A stretch of 63,685 nucleotides of DNA, counting the filler, from Candidatus Nanoarchaeia archaeon (GTDB lineage Archaea; Nanobdellota; Nanobdellia; Woesearchaeales; DATDTY01): assembly GCA_035290625.1 (NCBI GenBank). It is 4 parts of 4 records of this genome, joined end to end, with 100 filler letters (N's around TTAATTAATTAA, not from the genome) between each part and the next. Parts side by side here need not be neighbours in the genome. Positions count along the whole stretch, not along the records: positions 16,425 to 43,268 come from DATDTY010000027.1; 3 more parts are not named here. One strand, written 5' to 3'. The notes under the pieces were generated by a model. It saw nothing but the letters and a program-made list of their open reading frames with translations. It did no database searches and was not told the origin of the DNA. Below, piece after piece: positions 28,134-37,593 of this stretch (position 1 is its first letter; every line of letters begins with the position of its first letter). Both the position numbers and the translations under genes were made by a program.

Positions 28134-31100
28134 TTGCCTCGCAGGAAACCTCAGAATACCTCAATTCAATGGATCAGCGCCTGAGGTCAGCGTACGCAAT
28201 CGCGGAATCTGCCAGACAGAAAGGATACGACCCCCAGCGGGCGGTGGAAATCCCCATCGCAAGAGACATGGCAGAACGGGTTGAGGGGCTCATAAGCACG
28301 GTTGCGCCCCAGATTCGGAACTCGGGGGTATCAGTACGGATTCATGAGCTTGAACAGCAATACGGAGTCCTTGATTGGCGGGTCTCTCTCACGATCGCAG
28401 AAGAGATTAGCCGGCAGCAATTCTGTTCCTTTCCCTCCGCAATCGAAGCCATGGAAGTAGGGATTCGCGTCGGGTTTGCATACCACACCCTGGGAACCGT
28501 GGCAAGCCCGCTCGAAGGCCTCACCAGCATTAAAGTAATGAAACGACGCGATGGAAAGCCCTACATCTCTCTCTTCTATTCAGGGCCAATCCGGAGCGCA
28601 GGCGGCACCGGGGCCTCGGTCTCCGTCCTCATCGCAGACTATGTCCGAAAGAAGAGAGGGTATGACGATTATGACCCCACCGAAGATGAAATAAAGCGAG
28701 CAATCACTGAAGTAGGCAATTACCACGAGTTTATCACCAATCTCCAATACCTCCCAAGCGAATCAGAGCTTGATTTTATCCTCCGCCACCTGCCAGTCCA
28801 AATTGACGGGGAGCCTTCAGAAACCCGGGAGGTCTCCAACTACAAAGACCTCGATCGCATCCAGACAAATAGGATCCGAAACGGCATCTGCCTTGTTTTA
28901 GGAGAGTGCCTCTGCCAAAAGGCGCCAAAGCTCTGGAAGCAGCTTTCTAAATGGGGGAAGGATTTTGGTCTGGAGCATTGGGGGTTCCTCGAGAAGTTTG
29001 TTAGCCTGCAAAAAAGGATCAAAGCAGGCCAATCTCACAGCGAAGCAAAAGTGACCCCAGACTACACATTCATCAAGGATCTTGTTGCTGGCCGCCCCAT
29101 CCTAACCTACCCGATGCGGCCGGGCGGGTTCAGGCTGCGTTACGGGCGGTGCAGGAATACCGGCTACTCTTCTCACGCAATCCATCCCGCAACCATGGCC
29201 ATCCTTGACAACTATATTGCTATCGGAACCCAGCTCAAGACCGAGCGGCCAGGAAAAGCAACCTCGTTGTCCTCCTGTGACACCATCGACGGCCCGATTG
29301 TGCTCCTCACTTCAGGCGACGTGACGCGCATAGACTCTCTCCAACAAGCAAAAGAAGCCCGCCCCCTTATCAAGGAAATCCTCTACCTCGGCGACATCCT
29401 GGTTACCTACGGAGATTTCTACAACCGCGCCCATGTGCTGGTCCCGGCAGGCTATTGTGAAGAGTGGTGGGCGCAGGAGCTCAAGCAAACACTTAAAGAG
29501 AAAGGGATTGATCCCTCCCATTCCTCAATCGCAAAAGCAGTCAACGCAGACCTCAGTTTCCTCGTTGCCAAAAAGGCGCCAAGCCCAGAAGAGGCGCTGC
29601 TCCTCTCGACAAAACTCCATATCCCCCTCCACCCTCGGTGGACATATTTCTGGGACCAAATCTCTTCAAAAGACGCGCTTAGCCTTCTTGGCTGGTGGGG
29701 CAGAGCAAAACTCCATTATAATGAAGCAGGTCTTGAAAAGGCAGTCGGCAGAACAGGGGCAGAGAAGCAAATTATGGAGCAGCTTGGCCTCCCCCACCTC
29801 CTTATCTCAAACGAATTCATCGTTGTTGCCAAAGACGACGCAAAAATCCTCCACACGCTGTTTCGAAACCGCGAATCGCTCAAAAAGTATCTCGAATCCC
29901 AAACCCCCCTTGCTGCGCTTTCAGCCTCTTCGGCAATCCCGCTCCGCCCAAAAGGCGGGACATTTATTGGCGCTCGTATGGGAAGGCCAGAAAAATCCAA
30001 GCAGCGCGAGCTTGCCGGAAGCCCGCAAGTGCTTTTTCCTGTCGGAGCTGAAGGAGGAAGGCTCCGCTCATTCCAGGAAGCCATAAAATCCGGAAGCGTG
30101 AACGCTGAGATGCCGCTCTTTTATTGCGCCTCCTGCAAGGCGCAGGGCGTGCTCAGCGTCTGTATAGACTGCAACACCCCCTGCCAGCGCATGTACCCTT
30201 GCCCTGTGTGCGGCCTTCTCCCCCTCCCCAGATGCCCCAAACACGGCGAACTCCCCCTCTTTCGAGAGCAAAGCATCCGTATCGGAGAACTCTTCAGCAA
30301 ACTTCAGAAGAGATTGGGGCTTGCAGCCCTCCCGGATATCATCAAGGGTGTCCGCGGAACCTCCAACAAAGACCACACCGCAGAGCATCCAGCAAAAGGC
30401 ATCCTGCGGGCAAAGCACAACCTTCATGTCAACAAGGACGGCACAACGCGCTATGACATGACCCAGCTCGGGCTTTCCCATTTCAGGCCGAAGGAGATCG
30501 GAACTTCCGTAGACCAGCTCAAGTCCCTCGGGTACACGAAAGACATCCATGGCGCTCCATTGGACTCTCCTGACCAGGTTGTTGAGCTTAAGGTCCAGGA
30601 CGTTGTGCTTCCCTCGTGCGAAGGCTCGCCCGACCAGGGCGCACACCGGGTCTTGCTTCGTGTTGCAAATTTCATTGATGACGAACTTTCTCTCCTCTAC
30701 AATCTTGAGCCTTTCTACCATGCCTCTACTGAGAAGGATCTCATCGGCCACCTTATCCTTGGGCTTGCCCCGCATACCTCCGCAGCAATCGTTGGGAGGA
30801 TCATAGGATTTTCAAAAACCCAGGGCTACTATGCCCATCCTCTCTTTCATGCTGCTCAACGCCGCGATTTGGACGGCGATGAATCCTGCGTTATCCTCGC
30901 GATGGATGCGATGCTGAACTTCTCCAGGAAATACCTCCCCTCTCACCGGGGCGCAGTGCAGGATGCCCCCCTTGTTATGACCTCTATCCTTATCCCTTCT
31001 GAAGTTGATGACATGGTCTTTGATCTGGACGTCGCTTGGGAATACCCGCTCAGGCTCTACGAAGCCGCACAGAACTATGAAGCGCCATGGAACGTCCAGA

Positions 31101-31615
31101 TAGAAAAGATTGGGGACAGAATCAACTCCCCCGGGCAGTATGAACTGATGGGGTTCACGCACGACACCTCCAATATCAACAAGGGCGTGACCTGTTCTGC
31201 ATACAAGACCCTCCCCTCTATGGAAGAAAAGCTCAAAGGCCAGATGGATATTGCAGAGCGAATCAGGGCAGTAGACGCAAGCGACGTTGCCAAGATGGTT
31301 ATAGAAAAGCACTTCCTCAAAGATATCAAAGGCAACCTGAGAAAATTCTCCCAGCAGCAGTTTCGCTGCGTGAAATGCAATGAGAAGTACCGCCGCCCGC
31401 CTCTTGTTGGAAAATGCAGATGCGGCGGCAGGCTGATCTTTACGGTCTCAGAAGGCTCCATTATCAAATATCTCGAGCCCTCGCTCAGCCTTGCTGAGAA
31501 ATACCATGTTCCGGCCTATGTGAGGCAAAGCCTTGAACTCACGAGGCGCCATGTAGCCAGCGTCTTCGGTAAGGTAAAAGAGACTCAAGAAGGGCTTGGC
31601 AAGTGGTTCGGCTAA
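28130..31615 (+). CDS. polC: DNA polymerase D large subunit DP2
   Basis: GPIRSAGGT, GGFRLRYGR, RRDLDGDE, C-terminal Zn motifs and PIP-like QEGLGKWF; start at MIASQ. Confidence 0.97.
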   Translation: MIASQETSEYLNSMDQRLRSAYAIAESARQKGYDPQRAVEIPIARDMAERVEGLISTVAPQIRNSGVSVRIHELEQQYGVLDWRVSLTIAEEISRQQFCSFPSAIEAMEVGIRVGFAYHTLGTVASPLEGLTSIKVMKRRDGKPYISLFYSGPIRSAGGTGASVSVLIADYVRKKRGYDDYDPTEDEIKRAITEVGNYHEFITNLQYLPSESELDFILRHLPVQIDGEPSETREVSNYKDLDRIQTNRIRNGICLVLGECLCQKAPKLWKQLSKWGKDFGLEHWGFLEKFVSLQKRIKAGQSHSEAKVTPDYTFIKDLVAGRPILTYPMRPGGFRLRYGRCRNTGYSSHAIHPATMAILDNYIAIGTQLKTERPGKATSLSSCDTIDGPIVLLTSGDVTRIDSLQQAKEARPLIKEILYLGDILVTYGDFYNRAHVLVPAGYCEEWWAQELKQTLKEKGIDPSHSSIAKAVNADLSFLVAKKAPSPEEALLLSTKLHIPLHPRWTYFWDQISSKDALSLLGWWGRAKLHYNEAGLEKAVGRTGAEKQIMEQLGLPHLLISNEFIVVAKDDAKILHTLFRNRESLKKYLESQTPLAALSASSAIPLRPKGGTFIGARMGRPEKSKQRELAGSPQVLFPVGAEGGRLRSFQEAIKSGSVNAEMPLFYCASCKAQGVLSVCIDCNTPCQRMYPCPVCGLLPLPRCPKHGELPLFREQSIRIGELFSKLQKRLGLAALPDIIKGVRGTSNKDHTAEHPAKGILRAKHNLHVNKDGTTRYDMTQLGLSHFRPKEIGTSVDQLKSLGYTKDIHGAPLDSPDQVVELKVQDVVLPSCEGSPDQGAHRVLLRVANFIDDELSLLYNLEPFYHASTEKDLIGHLILGLAPHTSAAIVGRIIGFSKTQGYYAHPLFHAAQRRDLDGDESCVILAMDAMLNFSRKYLPSHRGAVQDAPLVMTSILIPSEVDDMVFDLDVAWEYPLRLYEAAQNYEAPWNVQIEKIGDRINSPGQYELMGFTHDTSNINKGVTCSAYKTLPSMEEKLKGQMDIAERIRAVDASDVAKMVIEKHFLKDIKGNLRKFSQQQFRCVKCNEKYRRPPLVGKCRCGGRLIFTVSEGSIIKYLEPSLSLAEKYHVPAYVRQSLELTRRHVASVFGKVKETQEGLGKWFG

Positions 31616-32022
31616 ACTCCCTTAACCGGATGCTTAGCCCCGCACGCCATGCATTTCAATGAAGCGCCATGGCTGTCATTCGTCAATTTAGTATCGGGCT
31701 TCCCGCAGTCGCGGCAAAGTACAAACTCATTTGCATACTTCCAGATTTTTTCATTGATGCGCGAAGCGCCAATCTTTGCCCCAATCAAGGCTTCAGGCTT
31801 TCTGAGCTCTCCTGGTGTTGCAAGCTCCCTGAGGATATACTTGAACAGGTGCTGCGGCTCCCTATTAAAGCTCGACGCAATCTGGTAGAAGTTGGCGATG
31901 CAGGTCTTGTTGCCCTGAAAATGCCCTCTCACCTTCATAACCTCAAATCTGGCCTTCTCCAGCACAGATTCGGGCATCCGTTTTCTGGCCCTGGCAAGCA
32001 TCTCCTGGTATTCCATTCTCAA
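31612..32022 (-). CDS. eif2b: Translation initiation factor 2 subunit beta
   Basis: RFE, KYILRELATPG, CRDCGKPDTKL, CMACGA. Confidence 0.95.
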   Translation of the reverse strand: MRMEYQEMLARARKRMPESVLEKARFEVMKVRGHFQGNKTCIANFYQIASSFNREPQHLFKYILRELATPGELRKPEALIGAKIGASRINEKIWKYANEFVLCRDCGKPDTKLTNDSHGASLKCMACGAKHPVKGV

Positions 32023-32061
32023 GAGGGAAAATGCCTGCTTTATAAAGGTTTACAAGCGAAT

Positions 32062-32139
32062 GGCCCTATCCCGATTGAAGGTTGCCGCCTCTTTCGCGAG
32101 GCTCTGCAACCCAAAACACGCGAGCGCCGGGCAGCTTCA
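32062..32139 (+). repeat. Left-half fragment of the fold-back element family
   Basis: GGC...GAAGGTTGCCGCCTCTTTCGCGAGGCTC matches the left arm of E4/E9. Confidence 0.6.
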
Positions 32140-32215
32140 TTTATAAACATTTAAAAAGATAGCCTTTAAATAGTCTGCCCAACCCCTGAGCATCATTGGG
32201 GGTAACGGAGGGAGC

Positions 32216-32779
32216 ATGATGAAGAAAGTCAAGAAAGACAAGCGGGAGATAAAAGTTGTCAATATTGTGGTTTCCACGTCGTTGGAGCACGCCATCCCGC
32301 TGGAAAAGATGGCAGCAACGCTTTCAAATACTGAATATAACCCCGAGCAGTTCCCCGGCCTCGTCATCAGGATCAAGGAGCCGAAGACATCAGCTCTCAT
32401 CTTCTCCTCCGGAAAAGTGGTCTGCACAGGGGGCAGGACCATGGCAGAGGTCAAGGAATCTATCCAGCAGATTATCAAAAGCCTCGAAAAGATCAAGGTG
32501 AAGATCACAGTCACCCCCCAGATCAATATCCAGAATATTGTCGCTTCAGGCAGTGTTGGAATGGACCTAAACCTAAATGTCCTTGCAATGAGGCTTGAGA
32601 ACACGGAATATGAGCCCGAGCAGTTCCCCGGGCTTGTCTACAAGCTCCGTGCAGCAAAAGCGACATTCCTCCTTTTTTCCAATGGAAAAGTGGTCTGCAC
32701 AGGCACAAAATCAGAAAAAGAGGTCAACCAGGCGCTGGATATGCTGATCACAAACCTGAAAAAAGTGAAGAAAAAGTAA
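32216..32779 (+). CDS. tbp: TATA-box-binding protein
   Basis: Two repeats NIV.S / EY.PEQFPGLV / FS.GKVVCTG. Confidence 0.98.
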   Translation: MMKKVKKDKREIKVVNIVVSTSLEHAIPLEKMAATLSNTEYNPEQFPGLVIRIKEPKTSALIFSSGKVVCTGGRTMAEVKESIQQIIKSLEKIKVKITVTPQINIQNIVASGSVGMDLNLNVLAMRLENTEYEPEQFPGLVYKLRAAKATFLLFSNGKVVCTGTKSEKEVNQALDMLITNLKKVKKK

Positions 32780-32819
32780 ATCTTTTTAATTTGAGGCCAT
32801 TCTCCCTCTCTGAGGGGGC

Positions 32820-34835
32820 ATGGACAGCACAGAACTTATCCAAAGGATCCAGGATTTTCTTGAAACCCATTACTATAGCGAGCTGCTTACGAACGTCCAG
32901 AAGGGCAAGACATCCCTTACTGTTGATTTTGAGCTTCTTGCCAAAGATGACCCTGAAGTGGCAGATCTGGCCTTGGACCAGCCTGAGGAGATCCTGAAAG
33001 GGACAGAAGTCGTCATAAAGAACATAGATCTCGACTCCTCTAAATGCACCATCCGCTTCTCGAACCTCCCCAAGACCCAGCAGACACTTATCAAAGATAT
33101 CCGCTCCAACCACATCAACAAGCTTCTCAGCATCAAGGGGATTGTGCGCCAAAAATCAGATGTGCGGCCTCAAATCACCTCAGCGAAGTTTGAATGCCCA
33201 AGCTGCGGCAATATCCTCCATATCATCCAGGCAGACGCAGCCTTCAAGGAGCCGAGCAGGTGCGGCTGCGGCAGGAAAGGCAAGTTCATCCAAATCAGCA
33301 AAGAGCTTGTGGACGCGCAGAATATTGTCTTGGAGGAGGATCCTGAAGATCTTGATGGGGGATCCCAGCCAAAGCGGATGAAGGTCTTCCTGAAGGACGA
33401 CCTCGTCTCTCCGCTCTCTGAGAGAAACACAGCTCCCGGTGCAAAGATAAATATTGTTGGCATCATAAAGGAAATCCCGATCACGCTCCGGACCGGAGGG
33501 AAATCAACGCGTTTTGACCTCCTGATAGATGCCAACAGCATCCAGGCGATCGAAGAAACATTTTCTGAGCTCATCATCTCTCCCGAAGAAGAGCAGAAGA
33601 TCAAGGAGCTTGGCAAAGACCCGCAGCTGAGGCAGAAGCTGGTAGGGTCGATAGCTCCATCGATCTACGGCTACGAGCAGATCAAGGAAGCAGTCCTGCT
33701 CCAGCTTTTTGGAGGAACGCATAAGCAGCGCAGGGACGGCTCGACTACGAGAGGAGATATGCATATTCTGCTTGTAGGAGACCCAGGCTCAGGAAAGTCT
33801 CAGATCTTAAAGAGGATCAATGTTGTTGCGCCCAAGGCGCGCTATGTCTCGGGGAAAGGGGTCAGTGCAGCAGGCCTCACAGCAGCAGTTGTGAGGGACG
33901 AATTTTTGCAGGGCTGGAGCCTTGAAGCAGGCGCCATGGTTCTGGCATCCAATGGAATCTGCCTGATCGACGAGCTTGACAAGATGAGCACCGAAGACAG
34001 CGCAGCAATGCACGAAGCCCTTGAAAACCAGACAGTTTCGATCTCCAAGGCAAACATCCAGGCAACGCTGATCGCGAGAACGACAGTCCTGGCAGCTGCA
34101 AATCCAAAGTTCGGCCGTTTTGACCCATTTGAAATCCTTGCAAAGCAGATCAACCTTCCTCCTGCCCTCCTCAATAGGTTTGACCTCATCTTCCCGATTA
34201 AAGACCTTCCTGAAGAGACCAAGGACACCCAGCTTGCAAAGCACATCCTCAGCCTCCACCAGGATCCAGACCAGTTTACAGCAGAACTCTCAACGAATTT
34301 TCTTAAAAAGTACATTGCATATGCAAAACAGCACATCCATCCAAGGCTGACAACAGAGGCAATGACAGAGATGCAGCGCTATTTTGTTGAAATCAGAAAT
34401 AAGGGAGGGGTAGAGGAAGGCGTGCTGCGCGCAATCCCGATTTCAGCCAGGCAGCTCGACGCCTTAGTCCGCCTCTCAGAAGCCGCAGCCCGGATGAGGC
34501 TTTCCAACACAGTTGAAGTCCAAGATTCCCAAAAAGCCATAGAACTCCTGGAGTACAGCCTCCGGCAGGTTGGCCTAGACCCAGAGACAGGAAAGATTGA
34601 TATTGACCGCATTGCCACAGGCATCTCAACCTCCCAGCGCTCCTTAACAAGAGTAATCAAAGATATTATCATTGGACTGGAAGGCAAGGGCTCTTCAGCC
34701 ATCCCGTTTGAAGACATTATTGAAGCAGCAAAGGAAAAAAACATCACCAAAGAGAAGGTTGAGGAAGTCATTGAGATGCTCCGCCGCTCTGGCGATGTCT
34801 TCGAGCCTCGCAGGGGCTTTCTCCAGAGGATGTGA
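32820..34835 (+). CDS. mcm: MCM replicative helicase
   Basis: Zn finger, GDPGSGKSQ, IDELDKM, AAANPKFGRFD, ARQLDALVRLSEA; no intein. Confidence 0.97.
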   Translation: MDSTELIQRIQDFLETHYYSELLTNVQKGKTSLTVDFELLAKDDPEVADLALDQPEEILKGTEVVIKNIDLDSSKCTIRFSNLPKTQQTLIKDIRSNHINKLLSIKGIVRQKSDVRPQITSAKFECPSCGNILHIIQADAAFKEPSRCGCGRKGKFIQISKELVDAQNIVLEEDPEDLDGGSQPKRMKVFLKDDLVSPLSERNTAPGAKINIVGIIKEIPITLRTGGKSTRFDLLIDANSIQAIEETFSELIISPEEEQKIKELGKDPQLRQKLVGSIAPSIYGYEQIKEAVLLQLFGGTHKQRRDGSTTRGDMHILLVGDPGSGKSQILKRINVVAPKARYVSGKGVSAAGLTAAVVRDEFLQGWSLEAGAMVLASNGICLIDELDKMSTEDSAAMHEALENQTVSISKANIQATLIARTTVLAAANPKFGRFDPFEILAKQINLPPALLNRFDLIFPIKDLPEETKDTQLAKHILSLHQDPDQFTAELSTNFLKKYIAYAKQHIHPRLTTEAMTEMQRYFVEIRNKGGVEEGVLRAIPISARQLDALVRLSEAAARMRLSNTVEVQDSQKAIELLEYSLRQVGLDPETGKIDIDRIATGISTSQRSLTRVIKDIIIGLEGKGSSAIPFEDIIEAAKEKNITKEKVEEVIEMLRRSGDVFEPRRGFLQRM

Positions 34836-35414
34836 ATGGAGCAGCGCTTTCGTCGCCAAATTGCTTATAAGCTTGTTGTCAAGGAAATTCTCGATTCCCC
34901 CTACACGAAGACCGAGGGCTGGGGACAGAGCTACCTCGAGGTCGCAGATGCCCAGGTGAGCCGGGTGAACGCCATAGGCATTATTGTCGAGCAGGCAGAG
35001 AGCCGCATTCTCATTGAGGACTCAACAGGCTCCATAGCTGTGGAAACCTCCAGTGCATGCCCGGAAGTTGGAACCCCTGTACTTATCATCGGAAAAGTGC
35101 GTGAAGGAAACCAGCGCATACTCTTTGCTGAAATCATTAAACGGCTTTCATCTCCTGACTGGATCAAGCTGAGAAACCTTGAGTACAGCAAGCGCAGAAG
35201 CGTTCTTGCAGCAAAATCTCCTGATATTCCGATGGCCTCAAACAACCTCACCCAAGAGGTCTATAGCATGATAAAGTCCCATGATTCAGGAGACGGAGTC
35301 GATATCCAGGCCATCACCTCCCAATATCCCCAAGCCGAGAAGATTGTCCAGAACCTTATCGCCGAAGGAGAGGTGTTCGAAATCCGGCCAGGAAGGCTCA
35401 AGGTTCTAGAATAA
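34836..35414 (+). CDS. RPA32-like OB-fold + winged-helix protein
   Basis: VSRVNAIGIIV, IEDSTGSI, C-terminal GEVFEIRPGRLK. Confidence 0.75.
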   Translation: MEQRFRRQIAYKLVVKEILDSPYTKTEGWGQSYLEVADAQVSRVNAIGIIVEQAESRILIEDSTGSIAVETSSACPEVGTPVLIIGKVREGNQRILFAEIIKRLSSPDWIKLRNLEYSKRRSVLAAKSPDIPMASNNLTQEVYSMIKSHDSGDGVDIQAITSQYPQAEKIVQNLIAEGEVFEIRPGRLKVLE

Positions 35415-36251
35415 CAAGGGTGTGAGATACACCTCAAGCAAAGCAGCCACCAGCAGGATAAAAACAGCTATCAGCAAAAGGTCAACAACATCAATAACCA
35501 CCTTCTGGAAATTCTCCTTTCTGAAATCTCTCCTGATGATTGAGACTGACAAGATCCCCCCTGCCAGCCCTCCAATAAAATATGCCAGCACCTCAGGAAT
35601 ACCATGAATAGCATATCTCAGAAAGCCGAGGGAAGCAGCAGTAAAATAGACAGACACCTTCTCCAATCCCAATAATCCGGCATACTGGGCGATGTGGTTT
35701 TTCATAAAATTCCCAACCGCAACTCCAATAACGCTTGCATTCCAGCTCAGGATGAACAACGCCCCAAACCCATAAAACAGCGAGAACAAGACACATAAGA
35801 CCAATACTCTCAGGTTGTTGAAGAAGATGACTGGCAGCAGCTTTTCAGCCGCAACAGCACCCGTCGTCACAGCAGTGTTGATATCAGCTATTGTCTTCTG
35901 CTGGATGGAAAAGATGCTGCCGCTTTCAGGCAATACCACATACCAGAATGCAGTTGCCAAGGTCACTCCTATGAAAAAATAGATAAAGAGGCTGACCACC
36001 CTCCCGTGCTCCTTCAAAAGCGGCTCTTCTCCCATCCCCGTCATGTCTTTCTTTTCCTCTAGTTTGATGGTATAGTAGAAGAAGGGGGCATACGCCATCA
36101 CCACAAAGAACACCATGACCAATCCAGCATTGCTCTCGAAGATCCACACAGCAAGCAGCAAAGCCAGGGAAGCATAAAATGCCCCCAAAGCAATCATCTC
36201 TGTAGGATGCTTCACTGGCCTCTTCGGATTAATCAATGCCTCAAAAACCAT
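35406..36251 (-). CDS. SpoIIM-like (DUF95) membrane protein
   Basis: IFFNNLRV, WNASVIG, IHGIPEVLAY motifs. Confidence 0.8.
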   Translation of the reverse strand: MVFEALINPKRPVKHPTEMIALGAFYASLALLLAVWIFESNAGLVMVFFVVMAYAPFFYYTIKLEEKKDMTGMGEEPLLKEHGRVVSLFIYFFIGVTLATAFWYVVLPESGSIFSIQQKTIADINTAVTTGAVAAEKLLPVIFFNNLRVLVLCVLFSLFYGFGALFILSWNASVIGVAVGNFMKNHIAQYAGLLGLEKVSVYFTAASLGFLRYAIHGIPEVLAYFIGGLAGGILSVSIIRRDFRKENFQKVVIDVVDLLLIAVFILLVAALLEVYLTPLLF

Positions 36252-36297
36252 GTTTTTGTTACCGCCATCAGGATATATATAAGTTTCTAAAAACTAC

Positions 36298-36460
36298 GGC
36301 TCTGCTGAAATCCGGTGCAGTGCCCATTTGCGAGGTCAGTATTCCAAAGAATGAGCATCGACAAGGGGGTTGCCACCTTCGGGGATATGTCGATATATTC
36401 ATAAACGAGCTGAGACCGAGCCCGGCACTGCCGAGCGAAGCGAAGGATTTCAGCAGAGCT
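36298..36460 (+). mobile_element. Fold-back MITE-like element, copy E6
   Basis: TIR GCTCTGCTGAAATCC / GGATTTCAGCAGAGC; GCAGTGCC/GGCACTGC; GCGAGGTC/GACCGAGC; ATCGACA/TGTCGAT. Confidence 0.85.
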
Positions 36461-36532
36461 ATAAACTCTACAGCTATCCCAAAGCTGCCTGTACCAAAGC
36501 CAATATATACCCAAACCAGTTTGCATTCCCTA

Positions 36533-37063
36533 ATGCACGACATCGTCTTCCCAAAAAACAACGAAGAAGAGTTCCTCTCCATAGCCAAAAAGCTCGGCCT
36601 CAGCCTCCTCTTCGCCTACCCAACAGAAAAGCCAGGCTCTTTACTCTGCCTTGATGAAGCCTCACCTTCCTTTTCCAAGCTCGCATCAGGAAAAAACAGG
36701 ATTATCCATGTCCGCTCAGACCCCCGTTTGATCATTGAGCGCTGGAAGCCGGCTTTTATCACAGGCCTTGAAACCCTTTCGCGAAAAGACAGGCTCAACC
36801 AGGCTAGCTCAGGATTGAATCATATCATCTGCGGCATAGCAGTCAAGCACCACACTACTATTATTCTTGATTTCGGAGCAGTCTTTTCAGGCACTCCAGA
36901 CAAGCAGCCACTCCTCCTTGGCAGGATCTCCCAGAACCTCAAGCTCTGCAGGAAGTACAAAACACCTTATATTGCAGCAACCTTTGCCTCTTCTCCTTAC
37001 CAATTGAAATCGCCTCATGATATTGATTCGCTTCTCAACGTGCTTCAAAATCAAAAGGTTTAA
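36533..37063 (+). CDS. RNase P subunit p30 (Rpp30)-like protein
   Basis: SGLNHIICGIA, QNLKLCRKYK, ATFASSPYQLKSPHD; start at MHDIVF because the track extension is repeat-derived. Confidence 0.75.
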   Translation: MHDIVFPKNNEEEFLSIAKKLGLSLLFAYPTEKPGSLLCLDEASPSFSKLASGKNRIIHVRSDPRLIIERWKPAFITGLETLSRKDRLNQASSGLNHIICGIAVKHHTTIILDFGAVFSGTPDKQPLLLGRISQNLKLCRKYKTPYIAATFASSPYQLKSPHDIDSLLNVLQNQKV

Positions 37064-37089
37064 ATATACATTGTGCACATCGTTATACG

Positions 37090-37593
37090 ATGCTTATTAT
37101 CAAGGATACGATGGTGCTAATCCACCTCGCAAAACTCTCTGTCCTTGAGAAAAGCTGCGATTATTTCAAAAACGTGCTTATCCCAGAATCAGTCTATGAA
37201 GAGGTCCTGAAAGGATCCAATAAACAATACGCAGACGTTCCAATCATCACGGGCATAATACGCAACAAGAAAATGAAAATCATGGGAATCAAAGGCAACA
37301 TCCTTGTAAAAAAAGCAAACCAATTTAACCTGAGAGGTGGCGAAGCAGATGCAGTTGCATTATACTGGCAACAAAAAGCAGACATCCTGGCTACCGATGA
37401 CGATAATGTTAGGAAAAAGCGGGAATTGCTCGGCATTGCCGTTACAGGAACTCCCGGAATCCTGCTAACATTATACAAAGAAAAAAGGATTGACAGAACA
37501 AAAATGAGAAACTCCATCGCAGAATTAAAGAATATCGGGTGGTTCAGCACAATAGTCTTAGACAAAATGCTGCAGGAGGCAGAAAATGGCTGA
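37090..37593 (+). CDS. PIN-domain protein (DUF3368-like), putative toxin
   Basis: IKDTMVLIHL, IPESVYEE, LRGGEADAVAL, LATDD, GTPGIL. Confidence 0.8.
   Translation: MLIIKDTMVLIHLAKLSVLEKSCDYFKNVLIPESVYEEVLKGSNKQYADVPIITGIIRNKKMKIMGIKGNILVKKANQFNLRGGEADAVALYWQQKADILATDDDNVRKKRELLGIAVTGTPGILLTLYKEKRIDRTKMRNSIAELKNIGWFSTIVLDKMLQEAENG

Noticed and set aside
25492..34835. Inteins in Cdc6, DP2 or MCM
   Set aside because: Protein lengths are normal and no intein-like insertions or terminal motifs are visible.
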